From an uncultured virus (IMG/VR IMGVR_UViG_3300049595_003462) (Duplodnaviria > Heunggongvirae > Uroviricota > Caudoviricetes): DNA of 64,000 nt. Position numbers and translations under genes: made by a program. This document shows, piece by piece, positions 1 to 10,852 of this stretch (the first letter of the stretch is position 1; every line of letters starts with the position of its first letter). The notes under the pieces are model-generated. The model searched no databases. It was not told the DNA's origin and saw only the letters and a list, made by a program, of their open reading frames with translations. The stretch lies in IMG/VR virus record IMGVR_UViG_3300049595_003462; one strand, given 5' to 3'.

Positions 1-872
1 CATTCTGAAGATGTGTTTGCACTACTAGCACAACCACAAGTATGCATACAAGTTAAACCTGAGGTAACTCTTGTATATCCTGTATCTTGTTTTGGACTAC
101 CATCGGCATAATGATAAAATTTATTTTCGGATCTTGCCCCCATATAAAAGAAGGTTCCTTTATTTTCAGGGTATCTAACATTTAATCCAACTGAAGTATT
201 ACCTGTCCATCTATATTTTAACATGAACTCTGCCGTCCAACCTAAACTAACTCTTTCAGGGAAAACTTGATAATCATATCCTGCAAGTTTGTAAAACCCT
301 TGATAGAAACCACCATTTAAAGTTGCAACATATCCAATATCTCCACCAGCGTTTGTGTAAGATAAATCATAATTGTATGAACCATCATTCCATAATCTAT
401 TTTGTGTTGTTGTAAAACCAGTAATAGGATGAAGTTTCATTCTCCTATCATATTTGTATCTGCTAAATTTATCAGAAATATTTGTATATAACCCTGTTGT
501 TACTTGAATAGTTTCTCCTGACATATTCTGAACTAACCCGTTGTCAATACCTGTCAGACCAACATCACATAAATTAGTAACAATAGGACAAAAATTTGGG
601 TCAGTATCTGTTGGATTCCAATAATTTTCAGAAACGATTGTATCACTACTAAAAACACAAGGTGAAACCTGACATAATGTGGTACCGCTACTATTAAAAT
701 TAAATTTGAATGGCATTCTATTACCATCGTCTTCACCAATTAATAACGGTGAAAAGATCACTTCTTGGTCATAATCTTTTTCATCTGATGCAAGACATAA
801 GTCGGTCACTTCATTGACAGGTTTTAGACCAAATCTTCTAAAATTATATTGATTAATATTTTGATATGCCAT
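1..872 (-). CDS. Probable virion structural protein (partial, runs off window start)
   Basis: Not in the ORF track. ATG at 872, open frame MAYQNINQYNFRRFGLKPVNEVTDLCLASDE... to position 1; G/T/N-rich; late-type TATTTAT motif at 882-888 on the - strand. Confidence 0.7.
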   Translation of the reverse strand, partial: MAYQNINQYNFRRFGLKPVNEVTDLCLASDEKDYDQEVIFSPLLIGEDDGNRMPFKFNFNSSGTTLCQVSPCVFSSDTIVSENYWNPTDTDPNFCPIVTNLCDVGLTGIDNGLVQNMSGETIQVTTGLYTNISDKFSRYKYDRRMKLHPITGFTTTQNRLWNDGSYNYDLSYTNAGGDIGYVATLNGGFYQGFYKLAGYDYQVFPERVSLGWTAEFMLKYRWTGNTSVGLNVRYPENKGTFFYMGARSENKFYHYADGSPKQDTGYTRVTSGLTCMHTCGCASSANTSSE

Positions 873-901
873 ATTACAATGATAAATACCTTGTGTGCTA
901 G

Positions 902-909
902 TATTTATA
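902..909 (+). promoter_or_regulatory. TATTTATA putative late promoter motif, back-to-back with the - strand copy at 882-888
   Basis: The same octamer precedes many virion genes in the window. Confidence 0.6.
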
Positions 910-925
910 AGATAAAAAAGAAGAG

Positions 926-1756
926 ATGATTACAACAGATACAGAATTTTATTCATCACCATACTATTTTCTTTTAAGAGATAAGGGAGAAAAATACTCT
1001 TTATACTACTCTGTGGAGGAAAATTTAACAGAAGCTCGTAAAAAAGACGAGGTAATTCATTTTGAAAAAAGTAAAGGTGTTAAGGTTAAAAACCATCTTA
1101 AGAAAGTTGCCAAAGAGAAAAAAATTAAAACAACTAAAGGTCTTAAGAAAGATTTAGAAGAATTAGTCAATTTAGATGGAGCATTATCCAATTCTAAAAT
1201 TCCAATTCTTGACCCGAAACTTCACCCAATGAAAACCATGGACCAAACTGTTGCTGCAGCAAGAATTACAAATGACCCTATTTCTCGTGGTTATAGAACA
1301 TATTATGGTGAGTCAGTTGAAGAAGTTAGTGAAATTGATATGTCAGGCGCTTTTGGTTACGAAGAAACTGAAGATATGGACGGAGCTCAAACTTACAAAT
1401 ATTTAGTAAAGAAGATGGGTATGGACCCTGACGAAGCTAAAGAAAGAACAAAACAAAAAGGACAAGACCCAACAGGAAACAAAGATAAAAAATCAAAATA
1501 TTATAAAGACAAAAATTTTGTAACAAGAGCAACTCTATCAGAAATTCAAAAACAAAAAATGATTAAAGTTGTGGAAGATATGTTGATGAATAAAAAAAAT
1601 TCAGATAATTCTGAAGTTAGTAAAAAAGAAATGGGTAAAAGCATTGATGAATTACCATTATTAATTAGAAAAAATTTAAAGTCTCTTTTAAATCATGTTG
1701 AAAAAAATGGTTACTCAAAAGAAGATTTAATTAAACTCATAAAAAAAGGTGAATAA
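926..1756 (+). CDS. Hypothetical protein, possible internal head protein
   Basis: 276 aa; late motif upstream; LTE/VSE/LSE candidate protease sites. Confidence 0.6.
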   Translation: MITTDTEFYSSPYYFLLRDKGEKYSLYYSVEENLTEARKKDEVIHFEKSKGVKVKNHLKKVAKEKKIKTTKGLKKDLEELVNLDGALSNSKIPILDPKLHPMKTMDQTVAAARITNDPISRGYRTYYGESVEEVSEIDMSGAFGYEETEDMDGAQTYKYLVKKMGMDPDEAKERTKQKGQDPTGNKDKKSKYYKDKNFVTRATLSEIQKQKMIKVVEDMLMNKKNSDNSEVSKKEMGKSIDELPLLIRKNLKSLLNHVEKNGYSKEDLIKLIKKGE

Positions 1757-2216
1757 AAGTTTATACGATAACGAAATAGAATTCCCATCCGACAAAAGGG
1801 AACATATGAAAAAATGTTTTCATATGGTAAAAAATGCGGATGAAAATACTGAAGGTTATAATAGAAATAAAGAACTTCAATCTCAAAAATTTATCAATTA
1901 TAAACAATTAAAAAGAATTAAAAACTTTTTTGATAACTTTAAAGGTAACCATAAAGAACCTTCATTTATTTTAAATGGTGGCGCTGAAATAAAAAATTGG
2001 GTTAACGATGAATTAAGAAAAATGAGGGATTATGTTAAGAATACCAAGACAAACAAAATGAATGGTGGTATGATGAACCAATTTATTGACTCTCACGAGA
2101 AAAAAGATTTTACAAATGTAAGACCATCTCAAGAACATTCAAAAACTGTGGACAAATATAATCCATCTGTTAATGAAAGTGTTAAAAGAATAAACGAACT
2201 AATATCAAAAATATAA
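1749..2216 (+). CDS. Hypothetical protein
   Basis: 155 aa, GTG start overlapping the upstream gene; C-terminal VNESVKRINELI motif. Confidence 0.6.
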   Translation: MNKSLYDNEIEFPSDKREHMKKCFHMVKNADENTEGYNRNKELQSQKFINYKQLKRIKNFFDNFKGNHKEPSFILNGGAEIKNWVNDELRKMRDYVKNTKTNKMNGGMMNQFIDSHEKKDFTNVRPSQEHSKTVDKYNPSVNESVKRINELISKI

Positions 2217-2220
2217 TAAT

Positions 2221-2514
2221 ATGGCACAACAAACACCTGTTGATTTAAATCAAACGGAACCAAACACACTTTCCGCTGTCGCCGACCAAGAAAGAGCTAA
2301 ATTAATTCCAAAAAACGACTACAATAAAGTTGGTAATGAATACTCAGTAGTTAATAAAGACGCTATCGCTGACGGAGACTCTTTAGGTAGAGGAACTGGA
2401 GAGTTCTTAGACGTATATAACACGGGAGCAGGAACAATTGAAGACGTTGTTGAAAGAAAAAGTGAAATAAAAATCAATAAATTTAACTCGTCAAAAGTAT
2501 ACCCTAATTTCTAA
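2221..2514 (+). CDS. Hypothetical protein
   Basis: 97 aa ORF in a tightly packed operon. Confidence 0.6.
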   Translation: MAQQTPVDLNQTEPNTLSAVADQERAKLIPKNDYNKVGNEYSVVNKDAIADGDSLGRGTGEFLDVYNTGAGTIEDVVERKSEIKINKFNSSKVYPNF

Positions 2515-2969
2515 TGAAACTACAAGGAGCGTTAAAAGGTTTAATTTGCGAAATTGCTTCTTTAGATAGTATTATTGATGCTATTAAAGGACGAAAAGTC
2601 GTTATTATTTACTATGATGGTGACGAACCAGGTGGTAGAGGTATACGTCAAATTGAACCTGTATGCTTAGGAGTTAGTAAAGCGGGTAATAAAGTTTTAA
2701 GGGCGTGGGATAGTGAAGGAGCGTCTCATACAGGATATAAGGGTGAACAACCATTGCCTGGTTGGAGACTTTTTAGATTAGATAAAATACTATCAAACAA
2801 ACCTACAGGTGAGGTTTACAATGAACCTAAACCAGGTTATAATTTTAACGGTGATAAAAGTATGGTCAGTGTTATAATAAATGCTAAGTTTGATAATAAT
2901 CCTCAAACACCACAACCTCAAACACCACCAACTCAACCTCAAACACCCGAAGAAGAAAATATAACATAA
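2514..2969 (+). CDS. Stand-alone WYL-domain protein
   Basis: AIKGRKVVIIYY..RQIEPVCLG..LRAW..WRLFRLDKI pattern typical of WYL domains. Confidence 0.8.
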   Translation: MKLQGALKGLICEIASLDSIIDAIKGRKVVIIYYDGDEPGGRGIRQIEPVCLGVSKAGNKVLRAWDSEGASHTGYKGEQPLPGWRLFRLDKILSNKPTGEVYNEPKPGYNFNGDKSMVSVIINAKFDNNPQTPQPQTPPTQPQTPEEENIT

Positions 2970-2970
2970 T

Positions 2971-3606
2971 ATGGATAGATTAATGGAAAAATTAGCTTTG
3001 TCTAAAGCAATTATGGATAAATCAGATGGAATTAAAAGTTCAAATTCTATGAACGGAGGATTACCACCGACATCATTACAACAACTAAATTCACCTGAAA
3101 CATTTGACATTCCAAACGCAAAATACAATATTCCTGCAGAATTTTTACAGGAAACACAACAAACACAACAACCTTACCTTTCAAATGTACCAAGAGAAAA
3201 CACCAAGCCAGTTGGAGTTCCTACAGTAGACGCAATTAAAAATTCTAAATTACCTGATGAAATTAAAAGGTTAATGATGGAACATCCTATTGGACAACCC
3301 CAACAACAAAATACAACAATATCTAATGATTTGATTGAAAGAGCGTCAAGATTAATGAATACAAACAAAGAAGGATATATTCCTGAATCGGCAAAACCAA
3401 AACAACAAGTTCAACAAACACAACCATCTGTAGGAGGAATTGACTATAAATTAATCAAAAAAATGATTAATGAAGCGGTTAATGATGCATTACATGAAAA
3501 TGGTTTAATAACCGAAAGTTCTGAAAAATCAAACGAAGTTTTTAGTTTTAAAGTTGGTAAACACATCTTTGAGGGTAAAGTTACCAAAATTAAAAAATTA
3601 TCCTAA
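2971..3606 (+). CDS. Hypothetical protein
   Basis: 211 aa, Q/P-rich, INE/ITE motifs. Confidence 0.6.
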   Translation: MDRLMEKLALSKAIMDKSDGIKSSNSMNGGLPPTSLQQLNSPETFDIPNAKYNIPAEFLQETQQTQQPYLSNVPRENTKPVGVPTVDAIKNSKLPDEIKRLMMEHPIGQPQQQNTTISNDLIERASRLMNTNKEGYIPESAKPKQQVQQTQPSVGGIDYKLIKKMINEAVNDALHENGLITESSEKSNEVFSFKVGKHIFEGKVTKIKKLS

Positions 3607-3662
3607 CCGCTTTATTTATTAGTCGTGAATTACTATATTTTGATAAAATATATTAATTTATT

Positions 3663-4871
3663 ATGTCTAAAATCAAAGTATTAGTTGTCCCCTCTGATAG
3701 AACAGGTGTGGGTAAATTTAGGTCAGTAGACCCTCACGTCTTTTTACAAAATCTTTACGGTGACGATTTCCACGTAGATATTATTTACGAACCATCATAC
3801 GATGATATGAATTTTTGGAAAGGGTATCAAATTGTTGTATTCCATAGAAGTATTGGTTCTGATTTTGATAGGGCTAACAGATTAATCCAAATGTTAAACT
3901 CATTAGAGATTATAACGGTTTGTGATATTGATGACTATTGGATGCCAGGAAAAGAACATCCAATTCATGATATTATTAGAGTTAATAAGATTAACGAAAA
4001 AATCATGGCAAATCTTAAGGTTTCAAAATATGTTACAACAACCACAACAATTTTTGCGGATGAAATTAAAAAATTAAACAAGAATGTTGTCGTATTTCCT
4101 AACGCAATTAATCCAAACGAACCACAATTTAAAGAGCCCACCCCTGAATCAGACCGATTAAGAGTTGGTTGGTTAGGTGGTTCATCTCACTTACATGACT
4201 TACAATTATTAGATTTAGGAAGATTATCTCAGTATAAAGACAAGTTACAATTTGTTTTATGTGGATTTGACACTAGAGGTACGGTTACTGAAATAAATCA
4301 ACAAACAAAAGAACAAAAACAAAGAAACATCTTACCTCATGAAACTGTTTGGGCACAATATGAAAAAATCTTTACACAAAATCTAACAACTGTTTCTGAA
4401 GATTATAAAAAATTCTTATTAAATTACACTCAAGAATCATTTCCAAACGAAATGAATGAACCTTATTTACGAGTGTGGACAAAACCTGTTACATCTTATG
4501 CTAAGAATTATTCAAAATTTGATGTATCTTTGGCACCAATTAAAAACCATCTTTTTAATAGAGTTAAATCACAATTAAAAGTTATTGAGGCTGGTTTCTA
4601 TAAAAAAGCGATTATTGCCTCTGATATTGGACCTTACACTATTGATTTAAAACATTGTTTAAAAAATGGTGAATATGTTGACGGAAATGCAATGTTAGTA
4701 GATGAGAAAAGAAATCATTCTGATTGGTCTAAATACATTGAAAAATTACTTAAAAACCCAAATATGGCAAAAGACATGGGTGAAAGATTATATGAAACGG
4801 TTAAAGACAAATACGATTTAAATAACGTAACAAAAGATAGGGCACAATTTTATAAATCAATAATCAAATGA
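3663..4871 (+). CDS. Glycosyltransferase (GT-B/GT4-like)
   Basis: DIDDYW, RVGWLGGSSH, DVSLAPI..FNRVKSQLKVIEAG..IIASDIGPY. Confidence 0.8.
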   Translation: MSKIKVLVVPSDRTGVGKFRSVDPHVFLQNLYGDDFHVDIIYEPSYDDMNFWKGYQIVVFHRSIGSDFDRANRLIQMLNSLEIITVCDIDDYWMPGKEHPIHDIIRVNKINEKIMANLKVSKYVTTTTTIFADEIKKLNKNVVVFPNAINPNEPQFKEPTPESDRLRVGWLGGSSHLHDLQLLDLGRLSQYKDKLQFVLCGFDTRGTVTEINQQTKEQKQRNILPHETVWAQYEKIFTQNLTTVSEDYKKFLLNYTQESFPNEMNEPYLRVWTKPVTSYAKNYSKFDVSLAPIKNHLFNRVKSQLKVIEAGFYKKAIIASDIGPYTIDLKHCLKNGEYVDGNAMLVDEKRNHSDWSKYIEKLLKNPNMAKDMGERLYETVKDKYDLNNVTKDRAQFYKSIIK

Positions 4872-5569
4872 TAAACATACCAATTACAAAATTATTATTC
4901 TTAGACATTGAAACTGTAGGTGTTCAACCTGATTGGGATTCTTTGGTCAAATATAACGAAGCTCTCTCATTTCAATTTGAAAACTATTTTGATTGGTTTC
5001 AAAAAAGATTTCCTGAAGACGCCGATAAAGGTGTTGGTCAGATGTTTGTAAATAGATCGGCATTGGTTCCTGAATTCGCAAGAATTGCATGTGTTAGCGT
5101 TGCATTCGTAACAGATAAAGGTGATGTTAAAATGCAATCATTTAGCGATCCTGATGAAAAGAAACTATTACAAGATGTTCAAAAACTTCTATATAGAGTT
5201 GGTGAACTTGGGTTTTACTTATGTGGTCACAATGTAAAAGGATTTGATATTCCAATGATGGCAAAAAGAATGATTATGAATGGTATCATGCCACCTAAAA
5301 TTTTACCAGGTCACGACACAAAACCATGGGAAATTAAAGCGTTAGATACCAAAGAAGTATGGCAATATGGTGGATATGGTTCAATTGCTTCATTAGAACT
5401 TATGTGTGTTTGTTTAGGTGTTGAGTCATCTAAAACAATGGAAATTACAGGTAATAAAGTTCACGATGCTTTTTGGATTAAAAAAGATATTAAAGGTATT
5501 GTAAAATATTGTGAAAAAGATGTGTCAGTATTAATTGATGTAATAAAAAAATTAAACGAATTAAAATAA
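4868..5569 (+). CDS. 3'-5' exonuclease, PolB-exo-like (DEDDy)
   Basis: FLDIETV, GHNVKGFDIP, YCEKDV exo I-III motifs. Confidence 0.85.
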   Translation: MINIPITKLLFLDIETVGVQPDWDSLVKYNEALSFQFENYFDWFQKRFPEDADKGVGQMFVNRSALVPEFARIACVSVAFVTDKGDVKMQSFSDPDEKKLLQDVQKLLYRVGELGFYLCGHNVKGFDIPMMAKRMIMNGIMPPKILPGHDTKPWEIKALDTKEVWQYGGYGSIASLELMCVCLGVESSKTMEITGNKVHDAFWIKKDIKGIVKYCEKDVSVLIDVIKKLNELK

Positions 5570-6189
5570 TGGATTTAGGACAACTTGGTCATTTTGACCC
5601 AAAAATTAGAGAAGAGATTGAAAAACAATTTAAAAAAATTCAATCTGAAATGGGTATTCAACCCGACGAAGAATATCAAAAAGAATTAGAAGACATGTTA
5701 GGTCTTTCATTTGAAGATATGGAAAAAGAAATTAACAATATTGCTAAATTAAGAACAATTAAAGTTGAATTAGTACATGAAGACGCGGTTCTTCCAAAAT
5801 ACGCATACCCTTCAGATTCAGGGTTTGATTTACATGCAACTGAAGAGGTTATTATTGGGCCATTTGGCAGAGCTTTAATTCCAACAGGTCTAAAAGTTTC
5901 TTTTGAAGAAGGTTATGAAATACAAGTTAGACCAAAAAGTGGTTTAGCTATTAAACAAGGATTAACAGTTCTTAACACTCCAGGAACAGTAGACCAAGGA
6001 TATACTGGCGAAATACAAGTTATTGTGTTTAACACCAACAACACAACAGTAACAATTCCAAAAGGAATGAAAGTGGGTCAAGGTGTTTTATGCCCCGTAG
6101 TTCAAGGTAAATATGTTAGCATTGAACAAGTTGGTCAAGTTGAGGATAAAGATAGAGGTAACAACGGTTTTGGTAGTACAGGAATATAA
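5569..6189 (+). CDS. dut: dUTP diphosphatase
   Basis: SGFDL, RPKSGLA, GTVDQGYTGE, RGNNGFGSTG motifs; N-terminal extension. Confidence 0.95.
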   Translation: MDLGQLGHFDPKIREEIEKQFKKIQSEMGIQPDEEYQKELEDMLGLSFEDMEKEINNIAKLRTIKVELVHEDAVLPKYAYPSDSGFDLHATEEVIIGPFGRALIPTGLKVSFEEGYEIQVRPKSGLAIKQGLTVLNTPGTVDQGYTGEIQVIVFNTNNTTVTIPKGMKVGQGVLCPVVQGKYVSIEQVGQVEDKDRGNNGFGSTGI

Positions 6190-6575
6190 TGGAAAATAAT
6201 ATTAGTCCCGCATTACCTGATGGTGTTAAAAATTATTTAATTGACATTGATGGAACAATCACCGATGATATTCCAAACGAAGAACCTTGGAGAATGGAAA
6301 CATCATTACCATATGATGGTTCTGTTGAAATAATTAATTCTTGGTTTGATGATGGTCATATCATTACTTTCTTTACATCAAGAACAGATGAACACGAAAT
6401 TGTCACCAAACAATGGTTAGATAAACATGGTTTTAAATACCATAACATCTTGTTTAACAAGCCAAGGGGTGGTAACTACCATTGGATTGATAATCATATT
6501 GTTAGAGCAACAAGGTATGATGGTAGATGGGGAGAATTAATAAAAGTAGAACACAAAATAGAAGTTTTTAAATGA
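6189..6575 (+). CDS. HAD-superfamily phosphatase
   Basis: IDIDGTI, FFTSR, KP, WIDN motifs. Confidence 0.8.
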   Translation: MENNISPALPDGVKNYLIDIDGTITDDIPNEEPWRMETSLPYDGSVEIINSWFDDGHIITFFTSRTDEHEIVTKQWLDKHGFKYHNILFNKPRGGNYHWIDNHIVRATRYDGRWGELIKVEHKIEVFK

Positions 6576-8209
6576 TAACAGTAGGATACTCAACAAGAGA
6601 ACATAATCCAAAATTTATTGAATACTTGAAAAAAAGTTCAGGTTTCAAGAAAATTGAAGTGATAGAAAAAATTAATAATGGGGAGAAATCCCTTTCTCAA
6701 GTTTATAATGAAATACTTGAAGAATCAAAAACTGACATAGTTGTATTGTGTCATGACGACATTTACTTTGATACCAATAGTTGGTACTACAAATTGAAGA
6801 CTCATTTTGAAAGTAGTGAGTATGGTATTTTAGGTGTTGCTGGAACCACACATATGTCAGAAACTGGTAAATGGTGGGAAACCAATCGTAGAAAAAATAT
6901 GATTGGTATTGTTAACCACGAAAATGGTGGAAAAAAATGGACATCAAAATATTCTGAAGATTTTGGTAAATCAATTAGACAGACTGCAATTGTTGATGGT
7001 CTTTTTATTGCGTTAAGTAAATCAAAGATTAAACATAATTTTGATGAAGATTTTAAAGGGTTTCACTTTTATGATATAGCATTTTGTTTTAAAAATCATT
7101 TAGAAGGTGTCAAGGTTGGTGTAATTACTAATATTAGAATTACTCACAAATCTATTGGACAAACTAATGAACAATGGGAGCAAAACAGAGAATTTTTTGT
7201 TCAAAAGTACGGTAAAAATTTACCAAGTAAAATTCCTTTTGACCCAAACAAAAGATTAAAAGTATTAATATCTTGTTTATTTTTTAGAGGGTTTACTGGT
7301 TCAGAATTATATGTTTATGAGTTAGCCAAAAGTTTAATGAAATTAAATTGTAGTGTTACCATTCTTTCTCAAATTGGAGGTCCACTTACAGATATGGCAA
7401 AAAAATTAGGTATTAAATGTATTTCATTTGAAAACGCACCAGGGTTTAAACTTGGCGATGGTCAATGGGGAATGAACACACCTGAAGGTTTTACACCATC
7501 TACACCAAACGCATTATATCGTATATCTGAAGTTGATTATGATATTATTCATATCCAACACAAACCTGTTGCGGAAAGAATACTTAGTATGTACCCCGAA
7601 TTAGATAAAATTTGTACAATACATTCTGAGGTTATGTCTAAAGAGTTAGAAAATCCAGTAATACACGAAAGTATAAAAAAATTCATCGCAATTAGACCTG
7701 AGATTAAATCTCATTTAATTCAAAATTTTGATGTACCTGAAGAAATGATTGAGGTTATATATAATCCAGTTGACAATGAAAAATTCCAACCAAAAAATAT
7801 ACCATCAGAAAATTATGTGTTATTTGTTGGTACTATAGATTATTTAAGAAAAGAGTCAATTTTAGATTTAATTGAATACACCAGAGAAATTGGTAAAGAA
7901 TTGTGGTTAGTAGGTGAAAACAATGGAAATTATTTGGAAAACGTTTTATTAGAATCTCACGTAAAACATTTCCCATCAACATGGAATATTGAAAATTATA
8001 TTTTTAAATCTTATGAGACAGCAGGAATTCAATTAGGTAGAACAACTATTGAAGGATGGATGTGTGGTAAACCAAGTTGGATATACAAAGTAGATGCTGG
8101 TGGGTTTATCTTATCTAAAGAAAAATTTGACCCTCCTGTAGATATTGAAAAATACAATACTTTAAAAGTTGCTCAACAAATAAAAAACGAGTATATAAAA
8201 ATTTTATAA
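6572..8209 (+). CDS. Two-domain glycosyltransferase (GT-A-like + GT-B-like)
   Basis: LCHDDI..GVAG..VDGLF..FHFYD in the N half; TGSELYVYELAK..IYNPVD..IEGWMCG in the C half. Confidence 0.8.
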   Translation: MITVGYSTREHNPKFIEYLKKSSGFKKIEVIEKINNGEKSLSQVYNEILEESKTDIVVLCHDDIYFDTNSWYYKLKTHFESSEYGILGVAGTTHMSETGKWWETNRRKNMIGIVNHENGGKKWTSKYSEDFGKSIRQTAIVDGLFIALSKSKIKHNFDEDFKGFHFYDIAFCFKNHLEGVKVGVITNIRITHKSIGQTNEQWEQNREFFVQKYGKNLPSKIPFDPNKRLKVLISCLFFRGFTGSELYVYELAKSLMKLNCSVTILSQIGGPLTDMAKKLGIKCISFENAPGFKLGDGQWGMNTPEGFTPSTPNALYRISEVDYDIIHIQHKPVAERILSMYPELDKICTIHSEVMSKELENPVIHESIKKFIAIRPEIKSHLIQNFDVPEEMIEVIYNPVDNEKFQPKNIPSENYVLFVGTIDYLRKESILDLIEYTREIGKELWLVGENNGNYLENVLLESHVKHFPSTWNIENYIFKSYETAGIQLGRTTIEGWMCGKPSWIYKVDAGGFILSKEKFDPPVDIEKYNTLKVAQQIKNEYIKIL

Positions 8210-8988
8210 TGAATAGAATTATAGATTACGAAAATTTATCAAACGAAATACAACGTTGGATTGAAAATTATGTATTAAACAACAACATCAAAACTTTAGT
8301 AATTGGTGTTTCAGGTGGAATTGATTCCGCAGTTGTCTCTACTTTATGTGCAAAAACGGGGATTCCAACAATCGCTGTTGGAATGCCGTTGAATTCAAAA
8401 CTTAATAATACAACATTATCAAACCTTCAATTAGAGTTTTTATCCAAATTAAATGTTAAGACGGTTGAAATTGAATTAAGTGAGACATTTAAATCCTTTG
8501 AAACCCTTATGTCTCAAACGTTTAAATCTGAATTGGCTAATGCGAATAGCAAATCAAGATTAAGAATGATGACATTATACCATATAGCAACAGTTACAAG
8601 TGGTATTGTTATAGGAACAGGAAATAAAGTTGAGGATTTTGGTGTTGGGTTTTTTACCAAGTATGGTGATGGTGGTGTTGATATTTCTCCAATTGCCGAT
8701 TTATATAAAACAGAGGTTAGAGAACTTGGTCGTTATTTGGGAGTTCCTCAAGAAATTATTGATGCAACACCAACAGACGGTTTATGGGATGATGATAGAA
8801 ACGATGAATCTCAAATTGGTGCTACTTATGAAGAGTTAGAATGGGTTATGGAATATGGTATTAATAAAATATCACACACCGAAAAAGAATTTAAAGTTCT
8901 CCAAACGTACCAAAACTTTAATGAAAAAAATAAACATAAAATGGTTTCAATACCAATCTTTGATTTAAAACAAAACGAAATAATATGA
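8209..8988 (+). CDS. nadE: NH3-dependent NAD+ synthetase
   Basis: GVSGGIDSAV, NSKSRLRM, GTGNKVE, FFTKYGDGG, PIADLYKTEV, PTDGLW. Confidence 0.95.
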   Translation: MNRIIDYENLSNEIQRWIENYVLNNNIKTLVIGVSGGIDSAVVSTLCAKTGIPTIAVGMPLNSKLNNTTLSNLQLEFLSKLNVKTVEIELSETFKSFETLMSQTFKSELANANSKSRLRMMTLYHIATVTSGIVIGTGNKVEDFGVGFFTKYGDGGVDISPIADLYKTEVRELGRYLGVPQEIIDATPTDGLWDDDRNDESQIGATYEELEWVMEYGINKISHTEKEFKVLQTYQNFNEKNKHKMVSIPIFDLKQNEII

Positions 8989-10142
8989 AAATAGGAATTA
9001 TCGGAGCAGGCAGATTAGGATTAACTTTTGCTCTATTATGTGAAAAAAACGGATACGAAGTAATTGTATCTGATGTTAGAGAAGATTATGTCTTTAACTT
9101 AAACCAAAAAATTTGTTTAACAAACGAACCATTAATCCAATCAATGTTGTTGGATTCAAAAAATTTTAGTGCAACAACTAAAAATATTGAGGTTATTGAA
9201 AACTCTGATGTTATTTTTACATTCGTTGCAACCCCATCAACATTAGACGGTAATTACGACACAACAAGAGTATTTGAAGTTGTTGCAGATTTTTATACCG
9301 CATCGTCATTAAACATCCCTTTATACGAAAAGAAATTCATTGTCGGATGTACAACTAACCCTGGTGATGTAGAACAAATCCAAACAAGATTAAACATGTT
9401 TAACATTCAGGTTGCATATAACCCTGAATTCATTGCTCAAGGTGAAATAGTAAAAGGTCTTGAACAATCAGACATTGTTTTAATTGGGACTGACTATACT
9501 GAACTATCAAATCAATTAATTGAAATTTATAATAAGATTCAAACCACACCTGTTAATGCTTATGTAATGTCACCAAAAGCTGCAGAAATAACCAAAATTG
9601 GCATTAACTGCTTTTTAACAACAAAGATTAGTTATGCAAACATGATGGGACAAATTATGATTAAGGCTGGTATTCAAAGTGAAATTGATATGGTTTTAAG
9701 TGCAATTGGTGGAGACTCAAGAGTTGGTAAAAAATACTTAAAATATGGATTTGGATTTGGTGGTCCTTGTTTACCAAGAGATAACCGAGCGTTAGGTCAT
9801 TTTGCAAAAAATCTTGGAATGGAGTTGAATTTACCTTTAACTGTAGACAATTTTAATAAAGAACACGCTAATTTCATTAAGGACTATTTTATTCAAAAAA
9901 ATCCTGATAGAATGGTACCATTTGTAATGGATTATATTACCTATAAAAAAGGTACTGATATTATAGAGGAGTCACAACAATTCCAATTGTGTGTTGATTT
10001 GTTAAATGAAGGTTATACCTTACATGTTATTGAAATTGATGCAATTACAAATAAGTTACAACAAATGAGTGAATCTTATAATAACAGATTAAAATTCTTT
10101 AAACCAGGGACTAACCCTCAAGGATACAAAATTACCCTATAA
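8985..10142 (+). CDS. UDP-glucose/GDP-mannose 6-dehydrogenase family
   Basis: GAGRLG Rossmann motif, YNPEF, GFGGPCLPRD catalytic Cys. Confidence 0.9.
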   Translation: MKIGIIGAGRLGLTFALLCEKNGYEVIVSDVREDYVFNLNQKICLTNEPLIQSMLLDSKNFSATTKNIEVIENSDVIFTFVATPSTLDGNYDTTRVFEVVADFYTASSLNIPLYEKKFIVGCTTNPGDVEQIQTRLNMFNIQVAYNPEFIAQGEIVKGLEQSDIVLIGTDYTELSNQLIEIYNKIQTTPVNAYVMSPKAAEITKIGINCFLTTKISYANMMGQIMIKAGIQSEIDMVLSAIGGDSRVGKKYLKYGFGFGGPCLPRDNRALGHFAKNLGMELNLPLTVDNFNKEHANFIKDYFIQKNPDRMVPFVMDYITYKKGTDIIEESQQFQLCVDLLNEGYTLHVIEIDAITNKLQQMSESYNNRLKFFKPGTNPQGYKITL

Positions 10143-10852
10143 TGATAATCTTAACAACATCATATAACTGCGAAAACTTTATTGAAAAATCTTTGATGAC
10201 AATTATGACTCAAAGATTTAAAGATTTTACTTGTTATATAACAGATGATTTATCTACTGATAATACGGTTGAAATAATTAAAAAAACAATACAAGGGGAT
10301 GACAGATTTGTTTTAATTGAAAACAAAACAAAGATGTATCAACCAGGGAATTATGACCAAGTCATTCGTGGTCTTAATGTTCCTGATGATGAAATTTGTG
10401 TTGAAATTGATGGGGATGATTGGTTACCAAATTCAAATGTGTTAGGATTAATTAATGAAACTTACCAAGATGAAAATGTCTGGATGACAAGTGGTTCATT
10501 TAAGTATAGTAATGGCTCTCAAGGATTTTCAACACCACCCACAAGTTTTAATAACATTAGACAGCAAGGGTTTACTCTATCACATTTACGAACATGGAAA
10601 TCTTGGTTATGGAAAAAAATTAAAGAAGAAGATTTACAAGATTCTGAAGGAAACTATTGGAGTGTAGCAGGCGATTTGGCGTTTATGTTTCCAATGTTTG
10701 AAATGTCAGGTGAAAAACATTATAGACATATTTCAACAATAACTTACATTTATAACGAAAATAATCCTTTGAATGACCATAAGGTTAATATGCCAATGGT
10801 AAATTCAATTGTAAACATAATTAGAAATAAAACACCTTACAATAAAATATGA
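10142..10852 (+). CDS. Glycosyltransferase family 2
   Basis: [18 protein letters not shown]. Confidence 0.85.
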   Translation: MIILTTSYNCENFIEKSLMTIMTQRFKDFTCYITDDLSTDNTVEIIKKTIQGDDRFVLIENKTKMYQPGNYDQVIRGLNVPDDEICVEIDGDDWLPNSNVLGLINETYQDENVWMTSGSFKYSNGSQGFSTPPTSFNNIRQQGFTLSHLRTWKSWLWKKIKEEDLQDSEGNYWSVAGDLAFMFPMFEMSGEKHYRHISTITYIYNENNPLNDHKVNMPMVNSIVNIIRNKTPYNKI

